Below, in pieces: positions 38,919-49,059 of a stretch of DNA of 64,000 nt. The translations under genes and the position numbers were made by a program. The stretch covers positions 41,721-105,720 of the forward strand of contig ONIY01000004.1 of the NCBI GenBank assembly GCA_900318065.1, read 5' to 3'. Within the stretch, counting starts at the first letter, position 1. The number at the start of each line of letters is the position of its first letter. Under the pieces are notes generated by a model, which did not search any database, was not told the DNA's origin, and saw only the letters and a list, made by a program, of their open reading frames with translations. The stretch comes from an uncultured Prevotellaceae bacterium. Its GTDB lineage: Bacteria; Bacteroidota; Bacteroidia; Bacteroidales; Muribaculaceae.

Positions 38919-39137
38919 ATGACCGTTTCATTTCAATATTACAACGAGAGCGAGGATGCTAGCGAGACTTTCCGTTTCGCCAGCGAGGAGAAAGCCATGA
39001 ACAAGTTCTGCGAACTGGCGGAGCTCATCAGGGAGCAGTTTGACAACTGCCCTGACGCCGAGGTAATCGACGAACCCGACTTCTTCGGAATAATCGACCA
39101 CGACTCTGGCGACTGGGCTAAAGTGATAATACAGTAG
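38919..39137 (+). CDS. Small acidic hypothetical protein
   Basis: 72-aa ATG ORF with coding-like composition between two repeat arrays. Confidence 0.55.
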   Translation: MTVSFQYYNESEDASETFRFASEEKAMNKFCELAELIREQFDNCPDAEVIDEPDFFGIIDHDSGDWAKVIIQ

Positions 39138-39350
39138 AACGTGGAACGTGGAACGTGGAACGAGGAACGAGGGAAGAGGGAAGAGGGAAGAGGGAAATGC
39201 ACAATGCATAATTAATCCCTCGAATGTTCGACCGCTCGAATGTTCGACTGCTCGACCGTTCGACTGCTCGAATGTTCGACCGCTCGACCGTTCGACTGCT
39301 CGATTTCCCATCCCCGATCTCCTATCCGCGTCCGCAGGCGTCGCGCGGCG
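39138..39350. repeat. Composite short tandem repeat element
   Basis: (GTGGAAC)n, (GAGGGAA)n, (AATGCAC)n, 8-mer CTCGA/TTCGA array, CCCCGAT, CCGCAGGCG. Confidence 0.85.
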
Positions 39351-39421
39351 TCAAAAAAAATCTCAAATTGATTTTGCCATTAACTTCTATTGCCGTAACT
39401 TTGCACGATTTTTAGAAGTAA

Positions 39422-40867
39422 ATGGAGAAAAACTACCTTAATCGAGTCGTCTGGGTGGTGCTGGCAGTGGTGCTGGTGCTGCTTGGTTTATACTGGCTTC
39501 CCGAGATAAAAATCGGGGACTGGACGATGCGCAAGGTAGACCTCCTCGCCGACCTGCGCAATGGTGCTGCATCGGTCGAGCCCACCGCTACTGGCACTGC
39601 TCCTAACCCCGACTCTCTCACTGTGGCACAGAAGGCGGCACTAAAGCTGCCCCTGCTCGACGGGTCACGCCTCACCCACGACCAGCAGGGCAACGTGGTC
39701 ACCGTCGAAGACTCGATAATGAGCGCTTTGGCAGCGCTGTTGCCGCAACGGAAAGGCGTGACGAGCATTATCGACATGAGCGGTGGCGAACCAGGAGGCA
39801 TGACAATGTTCTACGAAGCGCTGGCGCAGAGCGATAGCCGCACGGTGCGCATCGCCGTGCTGGGCGACTCTTTCATCGAGGGAGACATCCTCACGGGCAT
39901 GCTGCGCGAACTGCTCCAGCAGCGGTTTGGCGGCTCGGGATGCGGCTTCTTGCCCATGGCATCGCCAGCCACGAGCAGCTTCAGGCGCTCGGTGCGACAG
40001 TCTTCACAGGGCTGGAGTGCCCATCGCACCAGCGACCGTGCAGGCTATATGGCCACCTACAACAACATCACGGGCAGCTATTTCAATGGCAGCGACGGCG
40101 CTTGGGTGGACATGGAAGCCAGTGGCGCCAACTATCGCCATAGCGGCTCTTGCACCAGCACGTCGTTCTACTACCTGGGCGGTGGGGCAATGGGCTCGGT
40201 CACTGCCTTTGTCAATGGCATCAACTCGGGCAGCTACAGCCTGAGCAGCAACGACCCGGTGGGCGTGGTGACGGTGCGGGGCAACATCACTCAGGCAAAG
40301 TGGCAGCTTGGCTCCTCGGCGGGAATAGTGTTCCTGGGAGCGTCGATGGACGGCGACCGTGGCGTGGCTGTCGACAACCTGGCGTTGCGCTCCACGCGTG
40401 GGTATCACCTGACCGACGTGAGCGACCGCATCCTCACGGGATTCAACCAGGTGCGCCCCTACGACCTGGTCGTTATCATGTATGGCCTGAACATTGCCTT
40501 TAAGGGCCGCCGCAACTTCGGTGACTACTGCAAGCGCATGGACGTGGCAATCGACAACATCAAGCGGTGCATGCCTGGCGCTGGCATCCTGCTCGTGAGC
40601 TGCAGCGACCATGCCGAGCGTGGCAGCGACGGCTTGCGCACTATGCCCGAGGTGCTCGCTCTCAACCAGGCGCAGAAGCGCGTTGCCATCAACAACCGCA
40701 TCGCCTTCTGGGACCTCTACAGCGCCATGAGCGGCGTGGGAGGCATCACAGGCATGGTGAGCAGGGGAGAGGCAAGCTCCGACTACACCCACCTCAACTT
40801 CAAGGGAGGCGACCACCTGGCGCGACTGCTCTACGACGCCATTATTCTAGGATATGAAAACCGCTGA
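39422..40867 (+). CDS. SGNH/GDSL hydrolase-family O-acetyltransferase partner (PatB/AlgJ-like)
   Basis: N-terminal TM; LGDSFIEG, MYGLN and DYTHLN SGNH blocks; directly upstream of an MBOAT gene. Confidence 0.82.
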   Translation: MEKNYLNRVVWVVLAVVLVLLGLYWLPEIKIGDWTMRKVDLLADLRNGAASVEPTATGTAPNPDSLTVAQKAALKLPLLDGSRLTHDQQGNVVTVEDSIMSALAALLPQRKGVTSIIDMSGGEPGGMTMFYEALAQSDSRTVRIAVLGDSFIEGDILTGMLRELLQQRFGGSGCGFLPMASPATSSFRRSVRQSSQGWSAHRTSDRAGYMATYNNITGSYFNGSDGAWVDMEASGANYRHSGSCTSTSFYYLGGGAMGSVTAFVNGINSGSYSLSSNDPVGVVTVRGNITQAKWQLGSSAGIVFLGASMDGDRGVAVDNLALRSTRGYHLTDVSDRILTGFNQVRPYDLVVIMYGLNIAFKGRRNFGDYCKRMDVAIDNIKRCMPGAGILLVSCSDHAERGSDGLRTMPEVLALNQAQKRVAINNRIAFWDLYSAMSGVGGITGMVSRGEASSDYTHLNFKGGDHLARLLYDAIILGYENR

Positions 40868-40876
40868 CAGCAACCT

Positions 40877-42469
40877 ATGGAGGACATCTTAAACAGCATA
40901 ATAAAGTTCTTTACCGTCACGCTTGGGAACCTCAACTGGGGCTTCCTGAGCGAGCAGTTCAGCAATCTCGACCTGCGGTTGCTGCTCGAGCAACTGGTCT
41001 ACGACGAGAAGTCGCCGCTCATCTTCTCGAGCGGACTGTTCATGTGCATGTTTGCGGTCTTCATTGTCATCTACACCATGCTGAAGAAGAAGTCGCTCGC
41101 GCGCACTCTCTTTGTGGTGGCGTTCAGCTATTATTTCTACTACAAGAGCAGCGGCTTCTATTTCTTCTTGATAGCCATTGTCACCTGCAGCGACTATGTG
41201 ATTGCCGACGTCATGGCACACATGCGCTCGCGTGCGGGGCGCAAGTGCATGGTGGCACTGAGCCTGATAATCGACCTGGGATTGCTGGGATATTTCAAGT
41301 ACACCAATTTCTTTGGGCAGCTGTGGAGCGACCTTAGCGGAGCGCCCTGGCACAACCTGGAGATATTCCTGCCCGTGGGAATATCGTTCTTCACGTTCCA
41401 GTCGCTGAGCTACACCATCGACGTGTACAGGCGTAAGATACAGCCCGTCGACAACTTGCTCGACTATGCCTTCTATGTGTCGTTCTTCCCCCAGCTGGTG
41501 GCAGGACCCATCGTGCGCGCCAGCGATTTCATCCCGCAGATGTACCGTCCCATCAAGGTCACGCGCGAGATGCTGGGACTGGGATTCTGGTTTGTGATCA
41601 CAGGCCTGTTCAAGAAAGCTGTCATCAGCGACTACATCAGCGTCAACTTTGTGGAGCGGGTCTTCGACACGCCCATGCAGTTCAGCGGACTGGAGAACCT
41701 GCTGGGTGCCTATGGATATGGATTGCAAATCTACTGCGACTTCTCGGGCTACAGCGACATGGCGATAGGCTTGGCGCTGCTCATGGGATTCAGGTTCAAC
41801 ATCAACTTCAACAACCCCTACAAGGCGGTGTCGATTACCGACTTCTGGCACCGGTGGCACATCTCCTTGAGCACATGGCTGCGCGACTACCTCTACATCT
41901 CGCTGGGCGGTAACCGCAAGGGCAGGCTCCGCCAGTATCTCAACCTCTTCGTCACCATGCTCCTGGGCGGACTGTGGCACGGCGCATCGCTCAACTTTGT
42001 GATGTGGGGAGCACTGCATGGCATCGCACTCGTCGTCCACAAGATGTGGATGGGCATCACAGCTGGCGCCAAGTGGGTGAACAGCCGCTGGTGGAGGGCA
42101 CTCATGGTGCTTGTCACCTTCCACTTCGTGATTTTTGCCTGGCTGCTCTTCCGCAATGCCGACGTCACCTGCAAGGGCCTTTTCCTCGCTGGCGACTGGG
42201 GCAACCTGGGAGTGATGCTCACGCAGATTTTCACCAATTTCCACCCCGAGCTCTTCGTCGACGTGCTCACCAGCTACTGGCATGTGTTCTCGCTCATTGT
42301 GCTGGGATATGTGCTGCACTTCGTCCCCGACCGCTTCTCGCAGCGCTGCAAGCGCGCCTTCGTGCGCATGCCAGTCATCGTCTACGCCCTGGTTCTCATA
42401 GTGGTGATAGTCGCAATCATTCAAGTGAAAACCAGCGAGATACAACCATTCATCTACTTCCAGTTCTAA
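40877..42469 (+). CDS. MBOAT family O-acyltransferase (AlgI/PatA-like)
   Basis: LPVGISFFTFQSLSY, FFPQLVAGPI, DFSGYSDMAIG, FWHRWHISLS, GLWHGA. Confidence 0.93.
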   Translation: MEDILNSIIKFFTVTLGNLNWGFLSEQFSNLDLRLLLEQLVYDEKSPLIFSSGLFMCMFAVFIVIYTMLKKKSLARTLFVVAFSYYFYYKSSGFYFFLIAIVTCSDYVIADVMAHMRSRAGRKCMVALSLIIDLGLLGYFKYTNFFGQLWSDLSGAPWHNLEIFLPVGISFFTFQSLSYTIDVYRRKIQPVDNLLDYAFYVSFFPQLVAGPIVRASDFIPQMYRPIKVTREMLGLGFWFVITGLFKKAVISDYISVNFVERVFDTPMQFSGLENLLGAYGYGLQIYCDFSGYSDMAIGLALLMGFRFNINFNNPYKAVSITDFWHRWHISLSTWLRDYLYISLGGNRKGRLRQYLNLFVTMLLGGLWHGASLNFVMWGALHGIALVVHKMWMGITAGAKWVNSRWWRALMVLVTFHFVIFAWLLFRNADVTCKGLFLAGDWGNLGVMLTQIFTNFHPELFVDVLTSYWHVFSLIVLGYVLHFVPDRFSQRCKRAFVRMPVIVYALVLIVVIVAIIQVKTSEIQPFIYFQF

Positions 42470-42488
42470 AGAACGTGGATGCAACAAT

Positions 42489-42532
42489 AAAAAGCAATTC
42501 CTCACAGCGGCAAGCCATGAGGAATTGTTTTT
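42489..42532. terminator. Bidirectional terminator between convergent genes
   Basis: AAAAGCAATTCCTCA...TGAGGAATTGTTTT. Confidence 0.75.
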
Positions 42533-42554
42533 ATTTTATTATTATGGTAGATGA

Positions 42555-43025
42555 TTAGTCAAAGAACACGAAGCTGTAGGTGTACAGGACAAAGCATCCC
42601 AGCAGGTAGCTCACCACATTGGCAATCATTGTTGCGCGGGCCACGTTCTTGAAGCCGCGCCGCTTCATGAGCATGCCGTTGATCAGTATCTCGACAAGCA
42701 CGGTGGCGACAAGTGCCACAACGAAATAGATGATCAGGTGATAGAGCGACTCGGGATTGGCAGTGTCGACCTCTACACCGCTCACCCAGGGAAACCACAC
42801 CACAAGCATCCACCCGTCGTTTATAGCCTTCGACACGGCGGCACCCAGGGCACCGCTCACGATGTTGCTCACCACCACCGGGGCGATGATGCGTATGTTA
42901 AGACTCTTGCGCGACAGGATCTGCGACATTATCACAGCCTCTAAAATAACTATTAATGCCATGAATATCCAACCCATGGGCATTGATGCGTATTTGCCAA
43001 ATGATGATGCGTTTAAAAGCGGCAT
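42555..43025 (-). CDS. Hypothetical membrane protein (start uncertain)
   Basis: Four hydrophobic helices; internal repeat ...SNIVSG / ...ANVVSY. Confidence 0.7.
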   Translation of the reverse strand: MPLLNASSFGKYASMPMGWIFMALIVILEAVIMSQILSRKSLNIRIIAPVVVSNIVSGALGAAVSKAINDGWMLVVWFPWVSGVEVDTANPESLYHLIIYFVVALVATVLVEILINGMLMKRRGFKNVARATMIANVVSYLLGCFVLYTYSFVFFD

Positions 43026-43132
43026 ACCAGATAAACTTTTTTGTGAAATGATAGTTTGAGGCAACAAAATTAGAAATATTTTTTCACATTTAGACCACAA
43101 AGAAAGAATTTTTGCACAAAATCTCCTCTTTT

Positions 43133-43330
43133 TAAATGCTCAATGCACAATTAATCCCTCGACTGCTCGAAAACTTGACTGCTCGAGTGCTCGATCCCCC
43201 ATCCCCGCTCCCGATCCCCGCGCCGCAGGCGCAACTTAACACTTAACACTTAACACTTAACACTTTACCCTTAACACTTAATTTTCCATCCTCGTTCCAC
43301 CTTCCACGTTCCACGTTTCACGTTTCACAA
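43133..43330. repeat. Composite short tandem repeat element
   Basis: AATGCAC, 8-mer CTCGA array, CCCGATC, CCCCGCGCCGCAGGCGC, (TTAACAC)n, (TTCCACG)n. Confidence 0.85.
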
Positions 43331-43487
43331 AAAGGTAAAAAATCAAAAAATCACACATTATATTATAGAAATTGCGAGTTTTTATCTAATTTTGCACCCG
43401 ATTTTTAATGTTTAGAGCGTTGCCACTTGGATTTCAGAGCGCGTAACGCATTGATAATAAAGCAAAAAGCAGATAATAAACTTAGAT

Positions 43488-45839
43488 ATGGCAGACAATC
43501 TGGTAATCGTGGAGTCTCCCGCCAAGGCGAAGACAATCCAGAAGTTTTTGGGCAAAGAGTATAAAGTTATGTCGAGCTACGGTCACATCCGTGACCTGGA
43601 GAAGAAAGACTTCAGCATCGACGTTGAGAATGACTTTCAGCCAGTGTATGTGATCCCCGACGACAAGGAGGCACTGGTAAACGAGTTGAAGAAAGCTTCA
43701 CAGGGCGCCAAGACGGTGTGGCTCGCCAGTGATGAGGACCGCGAGGGAGAAGCCATTGCATGGCACCTGAGCGAAGTCCTTGGGCTGAAGAAGGAGAACA
43801 CCAAGCGCATTGTCTTTCATGAGATTACCGAGCCAGCAATCCTGGCAGCCATCGAGAACCCACGCGACATCGACAAGAACCTCGTCGACGCCCAGCAGGC
43901 GCGACGTGTGCTCGACCGCATCGTGGGATTTGAACTCTCGCCAGTGTTGTGGAAGAAGATCAAGCCAGCCTTGAGCGCAGGACGCGTGCAGAGTGTGGCA
44001 GTGAGGCTCATTGCCGAGCGCGAGCAGGAGATTCGCAACTTCAAGAGCGAGCAGTACTACCGCATGAGTGGCGAGATGCTCACTCAAGAACAGAGCAGCG
44101 TATCGTGCGAACTCAACAAGCGCTTCACCTCGCGCGAGCAGGCAGTTGAGATGCTCGAGCACTGCAAGGACGCAACCTACACCGTTGCCGACATCCAGGT
44201 GAAGCCCGTGAAGAAGAGCCCAGCGCCTCCTTTCACCACCTCTACCTTGCAGCAGGAAGCATCACGCAAACTCGGTTTCTCGGTAGCGCAGACCATGCGT
44301 GTGGCGCAGTCGCTATATGAGAGCGGTCACATCACCTACATGCGTACCGACTCGGTCAACCTGAGCAGCCTTGCCATTAACACCATCAGCAAGGAGATTA
44401 AGCAGACTCTGGGCGACCAGTACCTCAAGGTGCGCAAGTACCACACCTCGTCGAAGGGTGCCCAGGAGGCTCACGAGGCCATCCGTCCCACCTTTATCAA
44501 GAACCACGACATTAGCGGCTCTGCCCAGGAGAGGAAACTCTATAACCTGATTTGGAAACGCACTATCGCTTCTCAGATGGCCGACGCCCAGCTCGAGAAG
44601 ACTCAGGTGGACATCAACATCAGCGGACGCACCGAGCGCCTCGTCGCCAACGGTGAGGTAGTGAAGTTTGACGGCTTCCTCAAAGTCTATTTCGAGACCA
44701 GCGACGACGACGATGCCATCAATGCTTCGGGAGAGTTCCACATGCTGCCAGTAATGAAGGTGGGCGACCAACTCGAGCTACGGGAAATGATTGCCACTCA
44801 GCGCTTTACTCAGCAGCCCAACCGCTACAGCGAGGCAATGCTCGTGAAACGACTCGAGGAACTGGGCATTGGACGTCCTTCTACCTATGCACCCACCATC
44901 TCTACCATTCAGGCGCGTGACTACGTGGTGAAGGGCGAGAGCAAGGGTGTGAAGCGCAGCTTTGAGCAAATATCTCTCAAGAACGGCAAAATCAGCACCA
45001 AGAGCAAGAGCGAACTCGTGGGCAACGAGAAGGGCAAACTCATCCCCACCGATGTGGGTATGGTGGTTAACGAATTCTTGACCAAGTACTTCCCACAGAT
45101 TCTCGACTACAACTTCACCGCCAAGGTGGAGAACGAGTTTGACGACATCGCCGAGGGCAAGCGCAAGTGGAACGACGAGATTAAGGACTTCTACAAGGGC
45201 TTCCACAAGAGCATCGAGGACGTGTCGTCAATGAGGCTCGAGCACAAGGTGGGAGAGCGTGTGCTGGGCAATGACCCCGCCACTGGCAAACCCGTGTCGG
45301 TGAAGATTGGCCGCTACGGACCACTGGTGCAACTGGGCAGCACCGACGACCACGACAAGCCACGCTTTGCCTCGTTGCAGAAGGACCAGAGCGTTGCCAC
45401 CATCACCCTCGAGGAGGCTCTCAAGCTCTTCGACATGCCACGCATGCTGGGCGAGTGGGAAGGTGCCCAGGTGAGTGTGGGCATAGGCCGCTTCGGGCCC
45501 TATGTGAAGCACAACGGCAAGTATGTGTCGATTCCTAAAGAGATGTCGCCCTACAGCATCACGCTCGACGAGGCCACCACGCTCATAGTGGAAAAGCGTG
45601 CCAGCGAGGCGAAGAAGGTGCTCAAGACCTTTGATGAGGAACCCGACATGCAAGTGCTCAACGGACGCTATGGCGCTTACATCAGCTACAAGAAGCAGAA
45701 TTACAAGATTCCTAAGAAGGTGAACGCCGAGGAAATCACGCTTGAAGAGTGCCGAGCCATCGTCGCCGAAGCCGACGCCGCACCCAAGACTGCCCGCAAG
45801 CGCACAGCAACACGCCGCAAAACAACAACGAAGAAATAA
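43488..45839 (+). CDS. topA: DNA topoisomerase I
   Basis: LVIVESPAKAKTI, DEDREGEAIAWH, SAGRVQS, ITYMRTDS (catalytic Y), C-terminal repeats. Confidence 0.98.
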   Translation: MADNLVIVESPAKAKTIQKFLGKEYKVMSSYGHIRDLEKKDFSIDVENDFQPVYVIPDDKEALVNELKKASQGAKTVWLASDEDREGEAIAWHLSEVLGLKKENTKRIVFHEITEPAILAAIENPRDIDKNLVDAQQARRVLDRIVGFELSPVLWKKIKPALSAGRVQSVAVRLIAEREQEIRNFKSEQYYRMSGEMLTQEQSSVSCELNKRFTSREQAVEMLEHCKDATYTVADIQVKPVKKSPAPPFTTSTLQQEASRKLGFSVAQTMRVAQSLYESGHITYMRTDSVNLSSLAINTISKEIKQTLGDQYLKVRKYHTSSKGAQEAHEAIRPTFIKNHDISGSAQERKLYNLIWKRTIASQMADAQLEKTQVDINISGRTERLVANGEVVKFDGFLKVYFETSDDDDAINASGEFHMLPVMKVGDQLELREMIATQRFTQQPNRYSEAMLVKRLEELGIGRPSTYAPTISTIQARDYVVKGESKGVKRSFEQISLKNGKISTKSKSELVGNEKGKLIPTDVGMVVNEFLTKYFPQILDYNFTAKVENEFDDIAEGKRKWNDEIKDFYKGFHKSIEDVSSMRLEHKVGERVLGNDPATGKPVSVKIGRYGPLVQLGSTDDHDKPRFASLQKDQSVATITLEEALKLFDMPRMLGEWEGAQVSVGIGRFGPYVKHNGKYVSIPKEMSPYSITLDEATTLIVEKRASEAKKVLKTFDEEPDMQVLNGRYGAYISYKKQNYKIPKKVNAEEITLEECRAIVAEADAAPKTARKRTATRRKTTTKK

Positions 45840-46075
45840 GGGCTAAGTGTTAAGTTTTAAGTGTAAAGTTTTAAGTGTGAAGTTTTAAGTGTAAAGTTTT
45901 AAGTGTGAAGGGTTAAGTTTTAAGTGTGAAGTGGCGCCTGCGGCGCGGGGATCGAGGGTCGGAGATCGGGGATCGAGGATCGGAAATCGGGCTCGGGAAT
46001 TGGGCGCCTTGTAGGGACAAGGCGTGCCTTGTCCGCCGGAACGAAGTTAAGTGTAAAGTTTTAAGACTAAAAACC
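45840..46075. repeat. Composite repeat (reverse orientation) with an embedded GTAG-REP
   Basis: (TAAGTGT)n, GCGCCTGCGGCGCGGGG, (GATCGGG)n, REP at 46010-46035. Confidence 0.85.
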
Positions 46076-46087
46076 ATAATAAAACAT

Positions 46088-47020
46088 ATGAGAAAGAGTT
46101 TTAATATTATCGTTGCTGCAACACTGCTATTCGCCTGGATGGCAGTGGGATGTGGCACTGCCACCGAGAATAAGGCCGACGACGCAGCTCTCAACGCTTG
46201 TCTCGATTCTATCAACGGCGTGCTGCCTGTTGCGCTCGATGAGTTTGGCACCCTCGACAGTGTCTATTTTGATGGTGGTGGCAACACCGCAGTGTTCAAT
46301 CTTGTTGTCGATGAAGCGGGAGCGAAGTTCCAGGCTGCCTCGGGCGAGGCTGCATCTAAGAAGGCGATTCTCGATGAGCTGAAAAATAGCCCCGAAATGT
46401 TGTCGCTCTACCAAGCCATTGCCCGTCACGAGGTGGATGTGCGCACTGTGCTCATGGCGCCCAGTGGCAGGAACTACGGCCAGGTGGAACTCACTGGCGA
46501 GGAGATTAACGGCATCACGGCTTCGGCTCCCAAGCAGCAAGCGCCTGCCACTAGCGACTCGCTCGCTATGAAGCGCGACTCGCTCGATGTGCTGGTCGAC
46601 TCCATCAATGCACTCTGCCCCGATTCTATCAACTCCAGGACTGAGTTGACCAAGGTGCAAGTCGAGAATAACTACCTGGTTTACAACTATGTGTGCGAGG
46701 AGACAAAGGGCCTCACTGTCGACAAGATGAAAAGCGAGATAGCTGGCCGCAAGGAGCAGACCGAATCGAAGTTGCGCAAGCCCACTCCCGAGATGAAACA
46801 CCTCATTGAGCTGTGTGTCGACAACGGACTCGGCATCAAGCATCGATATGTGGGGAAATCTACTAAGCAAACTCAAGATTTTGCTTTCTCGGCAGTAGAC
46901 TTGAGCAAGATGTCCAACCATCCCCTCCCCGAAGGTTATGAGGCTATCAAAGAGCGCATTAAGACACCCAAGAAGCAAGTGATAATAGGCGAAAAAGGTC
47001 CCACAGAGGGCATCTATTGA
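46088..47020 (+). CDS. Lipoprotein with an internally duplicated domain
   Basis: MRKSFNIIVAATLLFAWMAVG-C lipobox; LDSINGVLP and VDSINALCP repeats; upstream ORF extension is repeat DNA. Confidence 0.78.
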   Translation: MRKSFNIIVAATLLFAWMAVGCGTATENKADDAALNACLDSINGVLPVALDEFGTLDSVYFDGGGNTAVFNLVVDEAGAKFQAASGEAASKKAILDELKNSPEMLSLYQAIARHEVDVRTVLMAPSGRNYGQVELTGEEINGITASAPKQQAPATSDSLAMKRDSLDVLVDSINALCPDSINSRTELTKVQVENNYLVYNYVCEETKGLTVDKMKSEIAGRKEQTESKLRKPTPEMKHLIELCVDNGLGIKHRYVGKSTKQTQDFAFSAVDLSKMSNHPLPEGYEAIKERIKTPKKQVIIGEKGPTEGIY

Positions 47021-47041
47021 TAGCCGTTTCTCAAAACGCAT

Positions 47042-47084
47042 AAAATGAGGCAATGACTCCACCAGGTCATTGCCTCATTTTTTT
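47042..47084 (+). terminator. Intrinsic terminator
   Basis: AAAATGAGGCAATGAC...GTCATTGCCTCATTTTTTT. Confidence 0.8.
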
Positions 47085-47136
47085 ACTTAAGTTTCTATTG
47101 TAACGCTGGAAATAGTTAAACAGCTGTGTCTTAATT

Positions 47137-47256
47137 CCCCCTCTAAGATAGAGGGGGATAAAGGGGGAGTATGACAGTGACTCAAATGATATTTGTTTGG
47201 CTGAATTTCAAAATAATTTTCATACTCCCCCCAGCCCCCTCTACTTAGAGGGGGAG
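47137..47256. repeat. Inverted doublet of the CCCCTCTAAGATAGAGGGG palindromic repeat
   Basis: Copies at 47137-47173 and 47220-47256 (inverted); same family as 5087-5123. Confidence 0.8.
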
Positions 47257-47394
47257 CTTATCGCCTGATATTGAGAGCTCTTGATGTACATAATCACTTT
47301 AGAAACTTGAGTTATTGTGATTGATGAAAATTAGTTGTATCTTTGCAAAAGTTTATGTTTCCCCAAACTCCCATATCTGAGAATATTTATGCCG

Positions 47395-48975
47395 ATGAAA
47401 ATGAATGCTAAGAAGTTGGTGGCGTTAATCGCAGTTGCCACCATGTGGCTGGCAACTGCCACCGCACAGATTACGCAAGAGCAATTGAAAACCGGAAGCG
47501 ACGAAGAGTTGCTCAGGCAGTGGACAAAGGTGCTCTCCCATGATGAGTTTGGTGGAAGAAAGCCCATGACGTCCTTTGAGGACAAGACGGTTGACTATGT
47601 TGCCCGTCAGTTGCAAGTAATAGGTCTGGAGCCTGCATTCAACGGCAGTTGGTTCCAGCCCTTTGAAATGATTTCGGTAACTGCCAAGCCGGTGGGCAGC
47701 ATTCTCACTGTGAGGGGGAAGAAAAAATCGGTGCTTAGCTATCCCGACGATTTGATCATCTGGACCACTCGCGCCACCAAGGAGATCGACCTGAAGAAGG
47801 CTGAGTATGTGTTCTGCGGTTTTGGCATTAATGCGCCTGAATATGGCTGGAATGACTACGAGGGCATCGATGTGAAAGGCAAGATAGTGATAGTAATGGT
47901 CAACGACCCAGGCTTTTATGACAGTGGGCTCTTCAGGGGACGCAATATGACCTACTACGGTCGCTGGACTTATAAGTTTGAAGAGGCTCAGCGCCAGGGT
48001 GCAGTGGGTTGTCTGGTGCTCCATCACACTCAAGCCGCCAGTTACGGATGGCATGTGTGTGTGAATGGCCACCTGAGCAACAACCTGGGCATCTATCATC
48101 CCGACACGCGCAATGCCGACGAACTGGCAGTGAGAGGATGGTTGCATGAGGACGGTCTCAAAAAACTGTTTCTTGCGGCAGGTATGGATATGGACAAGGC
48201 ACTTGCCGATGCGAAAAAGCCAGGCTTCAAGAGTTTTGCGCTGAATGTGAGAGGCGATGTGAAGATGGATGTCACCTACGACATTAAGCCCACGCGCAAT
48301 GTGGGCGGCATTCTGCGAGGCACCGCTGGGGAAGGCGAGGCCGTAGTGTTCTGCGCCCACTGGGATCACCTGGGCATAGGCAAAGCCGACGAGCGCGGCG
48401 ATACGATATATAACGGTGCTGCCGACAATGCCTCGGGCATGGCAGGAGCGTTGCTTATTGCCAAGAAGTTCAAGGAGATGCCACAGCCGCAGCGAGACCT
48501 GCTGTTCTTCTTCCCATCGTCGGAGGAGAGCGGACTTTTTGGCTCGGCTTATTATTGCGATCACCCTGTCGTACCCATGGAGAAGACGGTGGCATGCCTT
48601 AATTTTGAGAGCATAGGCCCTGCCGAGTTGACGCGCGATGTCGTGATTTTGGGCGGTGGAGAGAGCGACTTGGACAATTATTATGTGGCTGCCGCTGCTG
48701 CTCAGGGCAGGTATATCTATTTTGACGACGACAACTCTGATGGCTGGTTTTACCGTTCCGACCATTATAATTTCGTGAAAAAGGGCGTGAGAGCAGTGGT
48801 GTTGGAGAACGGCCGTCATCCGGTGGATGTGAGCAAGCCCAATAAATACCCTATGCCAGTGTGGTATCACAAACCATGTGACGAGTATCGTGAAGACTGG
48901 GATCTGAGTGGCACATTGTCAAACTTGAACCTGATTTTCAGCGTAGGTCTGTCATTGTCAAACAATTCCCGCTAA
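47395..48975 (+). CDS. M28 family aminopeptidase with PA domain (start approximate)
   Basis: Signal peptide; CAHWDHLG, NGAADNASG, SEESGLFGS, RSDHY, YHKPCD. Confidence 0.9.
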   Translation: MKMNAKKLVALIAVATMWLATATAQITQEQLKTGSDEELLRQWTKVLSHDEFGGRKPMTSFEDKTVDYVARQLQVIGLEPAFNGSWFQPFEMISVTAKPVGSILTVRGKKKSVLSYPDDLIIWTTRATKEIDLKKAEYVFCGFGINAPEYGWNDYEGIDVKGKIVIVMVNDPGFYDSGLFRGRNMTYYGRWTYKFEEAQRQGAVGCLVLHHTQAASYGWHVCVNGHLSNNLGIYHPDTRNADELAVRGWLHEDGLKKLFLAAGMDMDKALADAKKPGFKSFALNVRGDVKMDVTYDIKPTRNVGGILRGTAGEGEAVVFCAHWDHLGIGKADERGDTIYNGAADNASGMAGALLIAKKFKEMPQPQRDLLFFFPSSEESGLFGSAYYCDHPVVPMEKTVACLNFESIGPAELTRDVVILGGGESDLDNYYVAAAAAQGRYIYFDDDNSDGWFYRSDHYNFVKKGVRAVVLENGRHPVDVSKPNKYPMPVWYHKPCDEYREDWDLSGTLSNLNLIFSVGLSLSNNSR

Positions 48976-49059
48976 GACATGCTTACCCGTTAGTGTCCCC
49001 AAAAAATGAAAACGGCACAACTATAGCGTGGCGTGGGGTATCGTGAGTTTTCCTTTATT

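Noticed and set aside
43395-43487. Riboswitch upstream of topA
   Set aside because: Only a weak hairpin; no recognisable aptamer consensus.
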